From: Vitrella brassicaformis CCMP3155
Taxonomy: Eukaryota; Protista; Chromerida
Assembly: GCA_001179505.1 (NCBI GenBank)
Contig: CDMY01000310.1
Coordinates: 62,989-126,988 of the forward strand
Length of the DNA: 64,000 nucleotides
Direction: 5' to 3'
Part shown: positions 39,703-51,554 of the stretch, one piece after another
Layout: every line of letters begins with the position of its first letter
How positions within the stretch are numbered: position 1 is the first letter of the stretch
Notes under the pieces: generated by a model
Database searches by the model: none
What the model was told of the DNA's origin: nothing
What the model saw: only the letters and a program-made list of their open reading frames with translations
Made by a program: the position numbers and the translations under genes

Positions 39703-40474
39703 CAGTACTACCAGCGATCGATCGATCGGTGCTGGTGGGTGGGTGGGTGCGCGTGGGGGGGAAGGGGGGGGTGCCAGCCTGTGTGTGTGTGATTTAGGTC
39801 TGTGTGAGTGGATGGGATGGGTCTGCCTGATAGCGATTTGCCTGATCTGATGGATGCACGACAGATAGAGAAGACAGACAGACAGACAGGTGGATGGACG
39901 GACAGGTGTGTGGGGTCGATGAACAGCTATTCTTGGCCGAGTGTGTGTCTGGTGTGTGTTCCATTCCTCCGTGGGTGGGGACACTTGGCCGATTTGCAAG
40001 CCATTGCATGTACCATATGTATGTACCGATGGATGCAGTCACAGTGCCTTAATTGTTGTGGTGTCGACACATGAGTGCATTGAATGCATTCGTGTGTTGT
40101 CAAGTCCCTCTTGTCGAGCAAGTGTCTCGTGCACTTGTCGCGTGCATGGGAGGCCACCTCTCCGTTAGGGGCGCCAACACGACACACGAAGGCATCATCA
40201 CGTGCAAACGGACGGACTGACCCATGTCTGCGTGAATGAAAAAATGGATGGATGGATGGAGCAGACACAAATGGATCTCTGGCTGAGAGTTGAACGGTAC
40301 TAGTCCACATAGTTGACTGCCCCACACACACACAACCGGTCGGCCGGTCACCATGCCGAGGGTGTGACTGGCGGAACAACAAACGCCTCTCCACTGACTG
40401 TGTTAACCGCGGCGCCAGTGGCTCTAGGGCTTGACGTTAAATCCCACCCGTAGATCCTGCCGCATTATCTCGTG

Positions 40475-41305
40475 ATGCAGAGCTGTGCCGATCCCGTAGA
40501 GGCCTACGATGACCCCCTCTTCTCTCGTTGCTACGACAGGATGGTGGCTGCTCTTCCGAAAAGCCTTGAGGTGGGGAAAGATGTCCAGCTTGCGGCTACG
40601 CTGCTTCCGGAGGGAGGAGCGCGCATCCTAGACGTTGCAGCAGGCAGCGGCAGGGTGGCCTTTGGCCTGGCGTCGCACTTTCCGAATCGTCCTCTGGAGA
40701 TCAATCTCCTGGACGCTTCCCAGGAGATGCTCTCTCGCGCACGGGAGCAGGAGCCTCCGCACACGGCCTGCCGCTTCTCGTATATGCATGGCGACATGAG
40801 CGATCTGGGGAAGATCCTCGCTGACGCCCCACGCTTCGACCTCATCATTCTCACTGCGGGGAGCATTCACCATCTTCTGGAGGAAGGAGAGAGGAAGGGG
40901 CTCTTTGAAGGCTTGGCCCAGCTGGTGGAGCCTCAGAGGGGACGCCTGCTGCTCACAAGGCTCGCCGATGAGGAAATTATTTGCGCGGAGGAGACAGCAG
41001 ATGCCACAGTCCAGCTGGCCCCCGGCGTGACGAAGCGCATCCTGCGTCAGGAGAAGCAGGAGTGCTCTAATGGGGACGCGGTGGTGCACACGGAGTTTGA
41101 GGTCTCGGAGCAAGGGGAGGAAGAGCAGGGCAGTAGGGTCTCATGGACTCTCAGGACCATTCGTCCGGAAGATCTAGCAGCTGCCGCCACAGCACATGGC
41201 CTTCTTCTGGTTAGACGCGCTTCGGGATTTGAGAGCGCTATGTCAGGAAATACACTGGATGTCCCAGACAGGGACTCCACAGTGTTCGTTTTTTCCATTG
41301 CGTGA
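40475..41305 (+). CDS. Class I SAM-dependent methyltransferase, intronless
   Basis: ILDVAAGSGR (motif I), LLDASQEML (motif II), MHGDMSDL, FDLIIL..SIHHL. Uninterrupted ORF of about 276 aa. Confidence 0.9.
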   Translation: MQSCADPVEAYDDPLFSRCYDRMVAALPKSLEVGKDVQLAATLLPEGGARILDVAAGSGRVAFGLASHFPNRPLEINLLDASQEMLSRAREQEPPHTACRFSYMHGDMSDLGKILADAPRFDLIILTAGSIHHLLEEGERKGLFEGLAQLVEPQRGRLLLTRLADEEIICAEETADATVQLAPGVTKRILRQEKQECSNGDAVVHTEFEVSEQGEEEQGSRVSWTLRTIRPEDLAAAATAHGLLLVRRASGFESAMSGNTLDVPDRDSTVFVFSIA

Positions 41306-42137
41306 TGGATGCGCTGTGTGGGGATCAGTTGGCGAGAGCCGCGAGGCGCCCGAGAGCCGGACGAGAGAAGAAAAGACTTCTCGCGTTTGTCTATCGCCCT
41401 CGCTCGTGCAACTAGCTACTGTCTGTCTGCGTGTTGATGGGGCGATAGACAGGGAGGGGCGGGTTCGCGGGGCTGGGATGTGCGTGCTGATGGGGCATGT
41501 GAGTGTGACGGACACACAGACGAGTGAGTGTTGCGGTGAACCTTTTTTCTATCCAGATCACGACCTGGGGTTGAGGAGTATTGATTACAACACACACACA
41601 CACACCCCCATCCATCCATCCATGTATGTCTGAATGTCACTCGCGTCGGTCGCAATCAGACGCAAAAGCAGCCCATCCATCCATCCACCCTCCCGCCTCG
41701 CTGCCTCCATCCATCCATCCATCCTGGTTAGATACTGCACTCCAGGCAGATAGAGATGGTCTGGTCCCTCGATTCGATGGGTGGATGCGATGGATGCATC
41801 CCATCCAGACATGCACACAGGACATACATGTCCATCTGCCTGCCTGCCTGCCTGTGCATACAAATCAAAGTGGTAGTATCGCTCGTTCGCCACATGGATG
41901 GATGGATGCAGTCTGTGTGTCTGTGTGTCTGTCTGTCTATTTCATGCGTGCGAAGACCGACTGCCTGGGCCGGTCGCTCGGCAGAAATGAGGGGCCGCGA
42001 ACGGACAGCTGCTCACGCAAATCGCCTACACAGACACACACAGAAACAGAAACAGACACACGGAGGGATACCCTACGCATCGATCTCCGTCCATCTGATC
42101 TGTGTGCGTGTTGTGTGTGTGTGTGTGTGTGTGTGTG

Positions 42138-43289
42138 TTATGGACCTCCTCTGGGTCCCAGGTCTTCATCGTCTTTGTTGTGTCGGCTGCCCGGCTGCGC
42201 ACTCTGGTCAACCACCGCAACCTGACGGACGGACGGACGGACGGACGGACGGATGCACCCACCCACCCACATGATCGGTGGAATGGATGGGTGTGGGTGA
42301 TGGGTGAGGGCATGTGTAGTCAGTGTACCTACCTTGATTTCGCTGGTGATGACCCCCCGTCTGCCCCTGGCCTTGAATGTGGTCTTGTTCAGCCTCGAGG
42401 CCGCCTCCTCGGCATCGCCCTTGCGCAGGAAACCCACCATCGCCGTCACGATCGGACCGCTGTCAAGCTGACACCACACACACACACACACACACGCGCA
42501 CGCGCGCAAGAGAGAGAGAGAGAGAGATGGGATGTGTATCCCATCACGCACGCAGCCATGTGTGTGTGTGTGGTGTGTTTCCTTCCATGCGCATCGCATC
42601 GCATTCCGGCCTACCTTGACAAACACCACTTCCCCGACTTTGGCAAAGGCGTCAATGACCATGTCCTTGGTCGTCTCCTTGGGCAGGTTCCGCACAAACA
42701 CGTGGCTCGTCGCCTCGATACCCCGCCCGCCGCCACCAGCACTCTCGAAGTACAGATCGTGGTCCCACTTGTCGCTGCTGCTGCCGCCGACACCCACACC
42801 GATATCGAGGTCCATGCCGCCACTTCTGTCTCGATCTCGGTCTCGCTCACGAGGGCTGCTGAAGACGGCTCGCGGGGCGGAGTATGGCCCGATGACCCTG
42901 CGAGCACGCGCAGGGCGCACCGGTCCGCTCATGAAGACCTCCCTGGTCTTGCGGCCGCCGCCACTGCCCTCGGTGTCCATCCGGTCAAACACGTTGCCGC
43001 CAGCATTCAGCGCACGCACCTGTGACAGACAGACAGACACCCATCCAATCCCATCCCATCATGGCAAACCATGGGCACATGCAGGTCTGCGTGGTGTGCA
43101 TGCCTATGCCTGCAGGCCTCGTGGTACCTGAGAAGAGACGCCTCCAGTGGCCTTTGGCTGCTGTCTCACCGCTCCGACAGCAGCGCCGAACAAGCCGCCC
43201 TCCTTGGTGCGCCGACCACGGTCACCGGCGCCAGAAGGAGCCATCTCGACGTCATCGCCGTTCGCTGTGCCGTTCCGCGCGTCTGCCAT
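42138..43289 (-). CDS. RRM protein, ALY/REF(THOC4)-like
   Basis: SDKWDHDLY (resembles the ALY WxHD motif) followed by RNP2 VFVRNLP, then DSGPIVTAMVGFLRKGDAEEAASRLN; G/R-rich N-terminus. Confidence 0.75.
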
Positions 43290-43531
43290 CGCGCGAGAGC
43301 CTCTTTGTCTGCTGTGTGGGTGTGGAGGTTGGGAGGAGTGGTGTGTCTCGATCCGCAGGAGTGGGGTGGGATATATCAGGCCTTCTCTGGTCAGGCCGAC
43401 TGCATGCCACAGCAGGCAATGCCACACACAGGAACCAACTTGTGAGCTGCCGTAAAACGGCTCTTCTCCAGGCGAGCTCTTCGGTGAAGGCGGCGATGGT
43501 GGTGTGTGTGTGGTGATGACTGATCTTCCCT

Positions 43532-44396
43532 ATGACAGACCGCAGTTGTTGTCATCTTGCAGCCCGTAGCTCTTTCCTGTTCCACCGTCTGCCGCACCCC
43601 TTTTTCCTTTTCTCCTGCCTCATCCTCGGCAGGACACTCACATTAGCACAGGCAAGCAAAGCAAACCAAAGCACACAAGCCACCACAGCTCACAGCTACA
43701 TACGCGCATATATCTTTCTCTCTGTGTTGATGTGATTGTGCAGGGCCAGATAGCCGCCTTATCAGAGGGGAGGGGGGCCGCCAACCACCAGGCCACACCC
43801 ACACCCACATCCACAGCAGCCGACACAGTGCGTCTGATATTGGCCTGGAATACCGACTCACCGGCAGCCAAGGAGAAGGCCAGGTCAGAGGTCAAGACTC
43901 TCGTCGGCGGGGCGAGTGTCGTGCTCAAGTTCGACCAGCTGCAATCGCTCAACATGGACATCATCACCGTGTCCAGGCAGGCCAGCGAGGAGGTCCTCAA
44001 CGCGCTGAAAAAGAGCCCAGCTGTCAGCGTCATCGGTAAAGGCGGGATGATTGATGTCATGGGATGTGATGTGATGTGATGTGATGTGTGTGGACACTAC
44101 AGACAGACATGAATGGATGACCCACTATATGGCCATTCTCTGCCTCTCTTTCTCCCCTTCTCTGTCCTTGTGTGTGTGTGTGTGTGTGTCTAGAGGTGGA
44201 CATGCCCGTGTATGCCGTGAGGGGTGAGCAGGAGGAGGCCGCTGCTGGTGGTGGTGATGCTGTCAGTGCTGCAGGCGGTGGTGGTGATGATGGCGGTTGG
44301 ATGAGGCGGATGGAGAGAGAGGGAGAGGTGCCTGTGGTCAGGGCGCACGAGGCGCACCCCCAGCACAATGAGCTGCTGCTGCTCAGGAGGCAATGA
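43532..44396 (+). CDS. Stand-alone subtilisin-propeptide (inhibitor I9)-like protein, 3 exons
   Basis: Spliced product VRLILAW..KARSEVKTLVGGASVVLKFDQLQSLNMDIITVSRQASEEVLNALKKSPAVSVI/EVDMPVYAV ends in the P-x-V-x-x-I-E-x-D-x-x-V-x-A pattern of S8 prodomains. Stop at 44396 with no catalytic domain. First intron appears to be GC-AG. Confidence 0.65.
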
Positions 44397-45936
44397 ATCA
44401 ATGGGGGAGGGGACAAGGGCGGGGGGTCGCTCGGTCTGTACGTATGGGTTAGATTTTTATCTCTGTCTGTCTGTCTGTCTGTCAAGAATAATTAACAGAG
44501 AGATAGGACAGAAGGAGAAAAAGAGAGAGGGTTCAGAGAGTGTTTTTTGTTGTATATGCCGCATGAGGCGAGTGCGTGTGACACCGGCTCGCAGCGTGGA
44601 TGCAAGTGTGTCTGTCTGCAGGCGTGTTGCGTGAACCGTTCGTCGCATGCAATGCATGAGCCTGTGTGTACTGTATTGTATTGTATTGTATGTATGTCGT
44701 GCGTCTCTTTTCGGGCCTTTTGTCCCTCTAAACTCTCCCTCCCTCCCTCCCTGGCCCCCTCCCTGCCTTCGTTCCTATGTGCGTGGCGCGTGAGCGTCTC
44801 TCTCTGCGTGTCTTTTTATGTGAGAGTACGTGCCTGCCATCGCAATCTTAGTGTGTCTCTGCCGGTGCCGGTCGGGTGCTCTGCTCGCCAGGTGTTTGTG
44901 TGTAAGGGGGGGTGGGCCGGGGTTTTTGATAAGGGCCGAAGGGCGAGTTGATGTATGCCATGGGGTGTGTCGGTATGTGTGTGGATGTGATGTGTGTCGC
45001 TCTGACACGCTTTGCGAATCGTCTGCCAGCAGCTTTGCTGCGGCTGGGAGATGATTCGCTCCGCGTGTCGGCGCGGCACCGACATACACACGTGGAGAAA
45101 GGGAGAGAAAGAGATGACAAATTGAGCAAGGACAGAAGGGATAAGGCATTTTGTGCCTGCCAGTGCATGCCGATCCCTCCCTCCCTCAGTTGGATATGAT
45201 ACCTTGGTCACGTATGTCTTCGCTGTCTTGCTCTCGTGCATGTGCATGTGAGGCCACCAGCTGTGTGGTGCGCCGCTGCTGGCGCGGTGGTCTGCCATCG
45301 TGCTGCCAGGGTGTTCCTACGCACTCCTGCGTGGCAAGATGGCACCTGCTGAGGCAGCAGCAGCGGCACAGCACACAGCCATACATGGCCAGACGACACG
45401 TATGTGCACACACTCGTCAGGGCGATGGCATAAACGAACGGGATAAAGGTATTGGTTGGTGCTGGCTGGTGGTGTTGGTATTTTGGTCTTTCCTGCCTGC
45501 CTGCCAGCTGCCTGTCTGTGTATGTGTGTATGTGTATTTAAGTACGCCAGACAGACAGATAGACAGACAGACCGATCGATGACCGATGGATCGCCATGGA
45601 TGGACATATAGATATAATATACGGTGTGTGTGCACTCACTGAGGGTGACTTTCCCTCTCTCTCTAGCTATGGATCTGTCTGTCTGTCTCTATGCGATCGC
45701 TTTGTGTTCGATCCTGTGTGTCTGCCAAATGAAATGAATTCAACCCACCAATTAATCATTCTCCCCCCCATTGATCATATAACACCACAGCACATCAATC
45801 ACACTTTGGTGCACCCAGCCAGCCCACAATAAATTAAACCCAACATAAACCCAACACACACACACACGCCACGCACAACATGAAAACACCCATACAGTGA
45901 GTGAGTGCACCCCCCCTCGTGTCGTGTCGTGGTTGT

Positions 45937-48900
45937 CTACGCCTGCTGCCTCTTGCCGTACTGGGTCATGTCTACCTCTGGCACACCACCCATTGCCATT
46001 GCATACTCACTCTGCTGCTGTTTGTCTTTGGTCCTCTTGCCGCGTGCCTCTGCCGCCCTGGCCATGACCGTCGAGTAAAGATCCTCCGGCAACGCACCTT
46101 CCTCATACTACACCACACACAGGGAGGGGAGGATCTTATGGGGTGTGTGTGGTGTCTGTCTTTGTGAGTGAGACGGACCATACCATCTGCTGGAAGAGCT
46201 TCTGATTGACGGCACAAAGGCGACTCGAAAAGGCCTCGCCGGTGTCATCAGCATGCCTATTACATGCCATGCCACACACCCATTTGTTTGTATGTGCGGG
46301 CATTGCATGTCTCTTCCTCTCTCCCCCTCTGTCTGTCTGCCTCTGTGTGTGCATTGCATTCACTGGCTCGCTCACTGTTTCTCGCTCACTGTTTTTCGTG
46401 CATCTGTGAGACGAGTGTTGCGTCCATCTGTGCGCGTCGCTCCCGCCGTGCCGCCTCCTCTGCACGCTCCTTGGCATCGCCTGCGGCGATCTGATTGGAT
46501 TGATGCCATACACACACCACAGCGAGGAAGGAATGACAACCAACAGCAATGTGTGGGTGTTTGTTTTGGTACTTGTTGTTTCCACATAGCGGCTTGCTCT
46601 GCCATCTCTGTTCGATGCTGCTGGGCACGCTGACGCTTCTCCTGTTGGTTGATGGACAGACACACAGACCCGGAGCGTGTGTGAGCGCCACTCTCCCAAG
46701 CGTATTGTATTGTGTGGGTGCGTGAGGGTCCTTTGATCGATCCATTGATTCATTCACCTAGCTACATACCTCTTGTTGCTCCTGCAGTACTTGTCTTATC
46801 TTAAGCACAGTCGCCTTTTGACGCTCAATCTTCTCTTGAGCCTCCTGCTCACAGTCATCGACTCGACTCGACACACACGTTAGTTAGTTGTGTGGCAGAC
46901 AGACCTGCCTAGCCTGCCTACCTTGTTTGCCTTTTCCTCTGCCATTTTGACGTATTTGATCATGTTCATCTCGTCCTCTCTGGCCTTCTTGTCGGCCGAC
47001 TCCGCCAACACACGACCCATCGTGTCTGCTATCCTGCAGGCACCATGGATGAATGGCAACACAACACACGGTGGGGCAATCACACACACACAGGCCTCCA
47101 TTTGGGTGTGTGTGTGTGGGGGGGGGNNNNNNNNNNNNNNNNNNNNNNNNNNNNNNNNNNNNNNNNNNNNNNNNNNNNNNNNNNNNNNNNNNNNNNNNNN
47201 NNNNNNNNNNNNNNNNNNNNNNNNNNNNNNNNNNNNNNNNNNNNNNNNNNNNNNNNNNNNNNNNNNNNNNNNNNNNNNNNNNNNNNNNNNNNNNNNNNNN
47301 NNNNNNNNNNNNNNNNNNNNNNNNNNNNNNNNNNNNNNNNNNNNNNNNNNNNNNNNNNNNNNNNNNNNNNNNNNNNNNNNNNNNNNNNNNNNNNNNNNNN
47401 NNNNNNNNNNNNNNNNNNNNNNNNNNGGAAGGGGGTGGGCGGCTGGTTGCCTCTTGATTTTGGCCTGCTGTTCCTCTATCTTTGCCAGGCGCTCTCGCTC
47501 CTTCCTCTCCAGCTCTTCCGCATATCGCCTGTGAGCACACAATACATAAGACCCACATGGATGGCATGGGTGTGCTGTGTGCAGGTGTGTGTGTGTGTGT
47601 GTGTGAAGGTACATACAGTACCTGGCTAGTTCGATGGCCTCTTCCCTCTCTTTTTGTTTGCGCATTTCCTTCTCCTCGATGGACTTGATGACGTGCTGCT
47701 GGATCTCAGCTGAACGAGCCTTCATCGCCTCAGCCTATACATACACAGACAGCATGGGATGGATGGCATCCCATACACACATATATACAGAAATGCAATG
47801 CAACGCAATCAGTTGTGTGTTGCATCGTCTCTCTTTCCGTATATAGCCGTTGGTTGTGTGTGTCTCTCTGTCTCTCTTTCCGTGTGGTGTGCCCTGAGTA
47901 ATCCTTCGTCTCTGCAGGCCTGTGTGGCTGTATCTGTCTGTGTCTCTCCCTCCTCACCCCCTCCCTCCCTCCCTCTCTGACTGCCTCACCTCACCCCACC
48001 CACCAGCATTCGTTTCTTCTCCCTGTCGGCCTCCTCGTCCCTCCGTATCCGCTCCACCATCTCATCAGCTTCCCTCTCAGCCCGCCGCCTCGCGCGATCC
48101 TTCCGCCTGTTGGCCTCCTCCTCGGCCTTGCGGCAGTACTGCACCTGCCGACGCATCTTGGCCTGACGGGCCTCACGCTCGCGGTTTTCCTGCTCTTTGT
48201 AGTCACGAATTTGCTGCTGCAGATGCTCCTGCATAGGAAAATGGGATGGATACGACTCGACGGAGGCGTGTGTTTACCTTTGTGTGTCTGTCGGTCTGTC
48301 TGTCTGTCTATGTGTGCTGGGGTGTGGTGGCTTACTCTGTCCCGGAGTATTTCGAGTTTGGTTTCCTCTTTCTGCTGGCGGTTCTTGTCCATCTGCTCCT
48401 CTACCTCCTTACGGAAACACACTGATGACGCATCGCATCGCATACACGCAAAAGTGGGGCAGGAGGGACATACAGACACACTGTGTCTGTCTGTCTGTCT
48501 GTCTGTGTGTGTCTACGTGTCTCTGTCTTAATTACCTGCAGTTGCCCGCATGCGTGCGAATTTGTCTCGTTCACTCTCCCCGTATTTCTTGCGGTCGTAC
48601 TCGGCTATCATGTCAAACGGATCCACCACAGACCGCCTGTTTATATGTACCATCCACACCACACGCCCATCCATCGGATCCCCTCCCTTTGCCTCATCAT
48701 ATAGTGTCTGTGTGCCTGGCGGTGTGTGTACACGTCCGTCCGTACTTGTGGCCGACATTTCTCTTGAAAAGGGGGATGTTGACGGTCGACTTGAACCTGC
48801 CACCCGCCTTGGACGAGGCCAAAGAGTCAGACCGGTCATCTTTATCCTTATCTTCCCTTGATGTGCCGGGGAGGGGGAGGGAACGCACAGCAGGAGACAC

Positions 48901-49430
48901 ACCAGGGGCCTCCACTGGCCTTTGGCTGCATGATATGACGGCACACACAGACAGATATATTGCAACGACACTCACCTCGATCACACATGATGGCCGGATG
49001 CTCTGGTGGTTGTTTGTGTGTCGTGTGTATGAGTTTGTGGTACATAGCGGTCACCCACGTACCTTTCAGCAGCAGCGGCTGGTGGTCTCTCTGTGCCACC
49101 CTGCCTCCCCTCCCTCTCTGCCTTGCCCACGTTCCTGCGGTGTTTGAGCTTCATGTGCACCGCCTTCTGTATCCCGTTCAGCATCTCCCTGTCCACCAAA
49201 GCCCTCTCCTTCTCATCACCTTCACCACCCACAAGTAGCAGCCTCTCCGCCTCAGGCCGCACCACCTCCCGCACCTCATCGTCTGTGGCACCAAACTTGG
49301 TCTTGAGCTTGGTGACCAGACTGTCAACGGCCTTCTGCCTGCGACGTGACGAGAGGGCCTTGAGTGTGCTGCCGCAGCTGACGCTGCAGCTGCCGGGGAA
49401 GGGCGAGGGGGACGAAGCTGAGTCTGCCAT
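45937..49430 (-). CDS. Long E/K/R/Q-rich coiled-coil protein (trichohyalin-plectin-homology-like, possibly flagellar)
   Basis: Many short exons of charged heptads (EHLQQQIRDYKEQENREREARQAK, YAEELERKERERLAKIEEQQAK, AEEAARRERRAQMDATLVSQM). Spans a gap. Confidence 0.65.
47127..47426. other. Assembly gap (300 N)
   Basis: Run of N. Confidence 1.
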
Positions 49431-49624
49431 CGTGAATGCGTGGGGGGAAACAAAGGAGGAACAGCGGCAGCTTCAATCACATCATGATGTTTGGATGGGG
49501 GCCTCGGGGGCCGGTGCATGAGACGGCCAGGAAGAGACTCGCCGGAGAGCCCTGGTCGAAAATGGTTCGCTCTTTTTGCACTGCCAACAGCATCTGACGT
49601 ACCGTATACGCGTCGAGGGAGGCT

Positions 49625-50981
49625 ATGAAGGCGGACAGGCTCAGCTGGCAGGCGCCCCAGAAGCGCCTCCTCGACAGACATCATGATGCTCTCTTTCTGT
49701 CGACGTCGTCCAGGACGCCGTCAACAGCATCGAGCGAAGACAGCGACATGAATGACCATCACTCTCACCAACAGCTTGAGAATGTCCCCCTGCTGGCCGG
49801 GACTGAACATTCGCATGGCATTGCGACAACGCCATTGCCCATTATCGAACATTATCCCGCCTTGCTATGGAACGGGCTGTACCTGGTGGTGTCTGTGGCC
49901 GTCTCGCTCGTCAACAAGGCCCTGTTCGACACACACATGGCCCGGCTGCCGTTGGTCGGTGTGGTGGTGCTGGCGCAGGTAGTGGTGACGGTTGTTGTCT
50001 TGATGTGCCTGCACTGCGTTGGGTGGGCGCGGCTGCCTGGCTGGAGCGGGGAGACCTTCAAGGGGACACTGATGCAGAGCTTATGGTGAGTGAGTGAGTG
50101 AGTGAGACAGACACACGCATGCACAATGGGTGCGTGCGTGTGTGTGTGTCAAAGTGCAGGTATGTGGGTCGCCTGTTCGGCGGTGTTGGCGCATTGCAGT
50201 TTCTCTCGGTGCCGACGACCTCTGCCTTGATGCGCGTCGGCCTGGTGGTGGCTGTGGGGCGAGGTGAGCTTATGACACAGACAGACAGACAGACACGCGC
50301 TGCGTGCTGCGCGCTGTACTGTATGTGTCTCACATTCGCTGTGTGTGCGCTGTATGTGGGACAGCATTGGCCATGCGACATGAAGTCCACCATGCGTCAT
50401 TGGACGTGATGGGTGTGCTGTGGTACCACTCACTAGCAGCCATCCCCCTATGCGCCTTCATCACATGCGCCGAAACACTCATCCGCTCAGACTTCCACAC
50501 GTACCTAAAAGAGACAGACAGACACACAGTCGGTCGCAGAGAGACTTGAGAGACAGACACAACAATCCGCCCTCCCTCTCTATGCTATGCAGGCTCCTGT
50601 CCCACCTCAGCGGCAACATCCCCACAATGGGTCTATTGGCGGCTTCAGGCCTCTGTGTGTGTCTGCTCAACTTGTCCCACAGCCTGGCCATGCACAACTT
50701 CCATCGCGCATGGGAGGCCTCCCGGGATCAGCTCAACAGACACCGGCTGTACGCCACATTGCAGCAGCACATTCTATGTGGGGGAGAGAGGGGGACAGCG
50801 GTGGGTGTGGTGATGGTTGCGAGTGGGCTGGCCGTCACACATGGGCTGAAGCACGTGTTGGCCGATTTGTTGGGTGTCCTGGTGTTTCCTCACACCGTTG
50901 CTCTCAACGCAGGATACATCACAGGCACGCTCGCAGACAGACAGACATACACACCCACACCCACAGCCACACACACGAATG

Positions 50982-51015
<34 letters not shown>

Positions 51016-51230
51016 GTGTGTGTGAAGGAGTTGTGTTGTCGTGGGTGGGTATCGTCATGTATGGCAATGCCAAATTCGCCGTGCCGGTGGTCTGCACGCG
51101 CACACAGCCCCACAGCGGGCCCCCTTCCACGAGAAGGCACAACAAACGGCGGAGACCGCATCATCATCATCAGCAGCAGCAGCAGCGGCAACATGTGTAC
51201 GGCTTTGGGTGTGGGTGCAATGCCGTGTAG
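49625..51230 (+). CDS. Divergent nucleotide-sugar/triose-phosphate transporter family (SLC35-like) membrane protein
   Basis: LYLVVSVAVSLVNKALF, VVLAQVVVTVVVL, ALQFLSVP..SALMR, GVLWYHSLAAIP, and a terminal GVVLSWVGIVMY. These match the DMT/SLC35 pattern (S..VNK, Q, YN-like positions). Confidence 0.65.
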
Positions 51231-51554
51231 TTGAGAGTGGGGTCAGTTAGTCAGTGCGATGGAGAGATAGATAGCTCTTCGTTTGTTGGTCCGGTCCATC
51301 CCATCGGTGGCTTCCATCGTGAGCAGTGAAGAGAAGAGTCGCGCAGACAGGAACAGAGGTAGGCCTTGGTGTGTTAGTGAATTAATGTGACGGACTGACA
51401 AGACCTAGATAGGAAACTCGTCAACAAACAAATAACAAATAAGTGGCACATAGATACAATTGCGGCGCATACGGCAGACAGACATCAGTCAGGCACACAG
51501 AGACACAGACAGACAGACAGCCTTACTTCCTGACAGACTACTTACTGAACTCAT

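Noticed and set aside
37861-39999. Long antisense ORFs (326 aa and 372 aa), and similar shadows opposite the protease, methyltransferase and HAD genes
   Set aside because: Expected shadows of GC-rich coding exons on the other strand; no motifs.
40380-40470. Short inverted repeat (ccactg..cagtgg) upstream of the methyltransferase as a possible SAM riboswitch
   Set aside because: No SAM-I, SAM-II or SAH consensus elements; a 6-bp stem is expected by chance.
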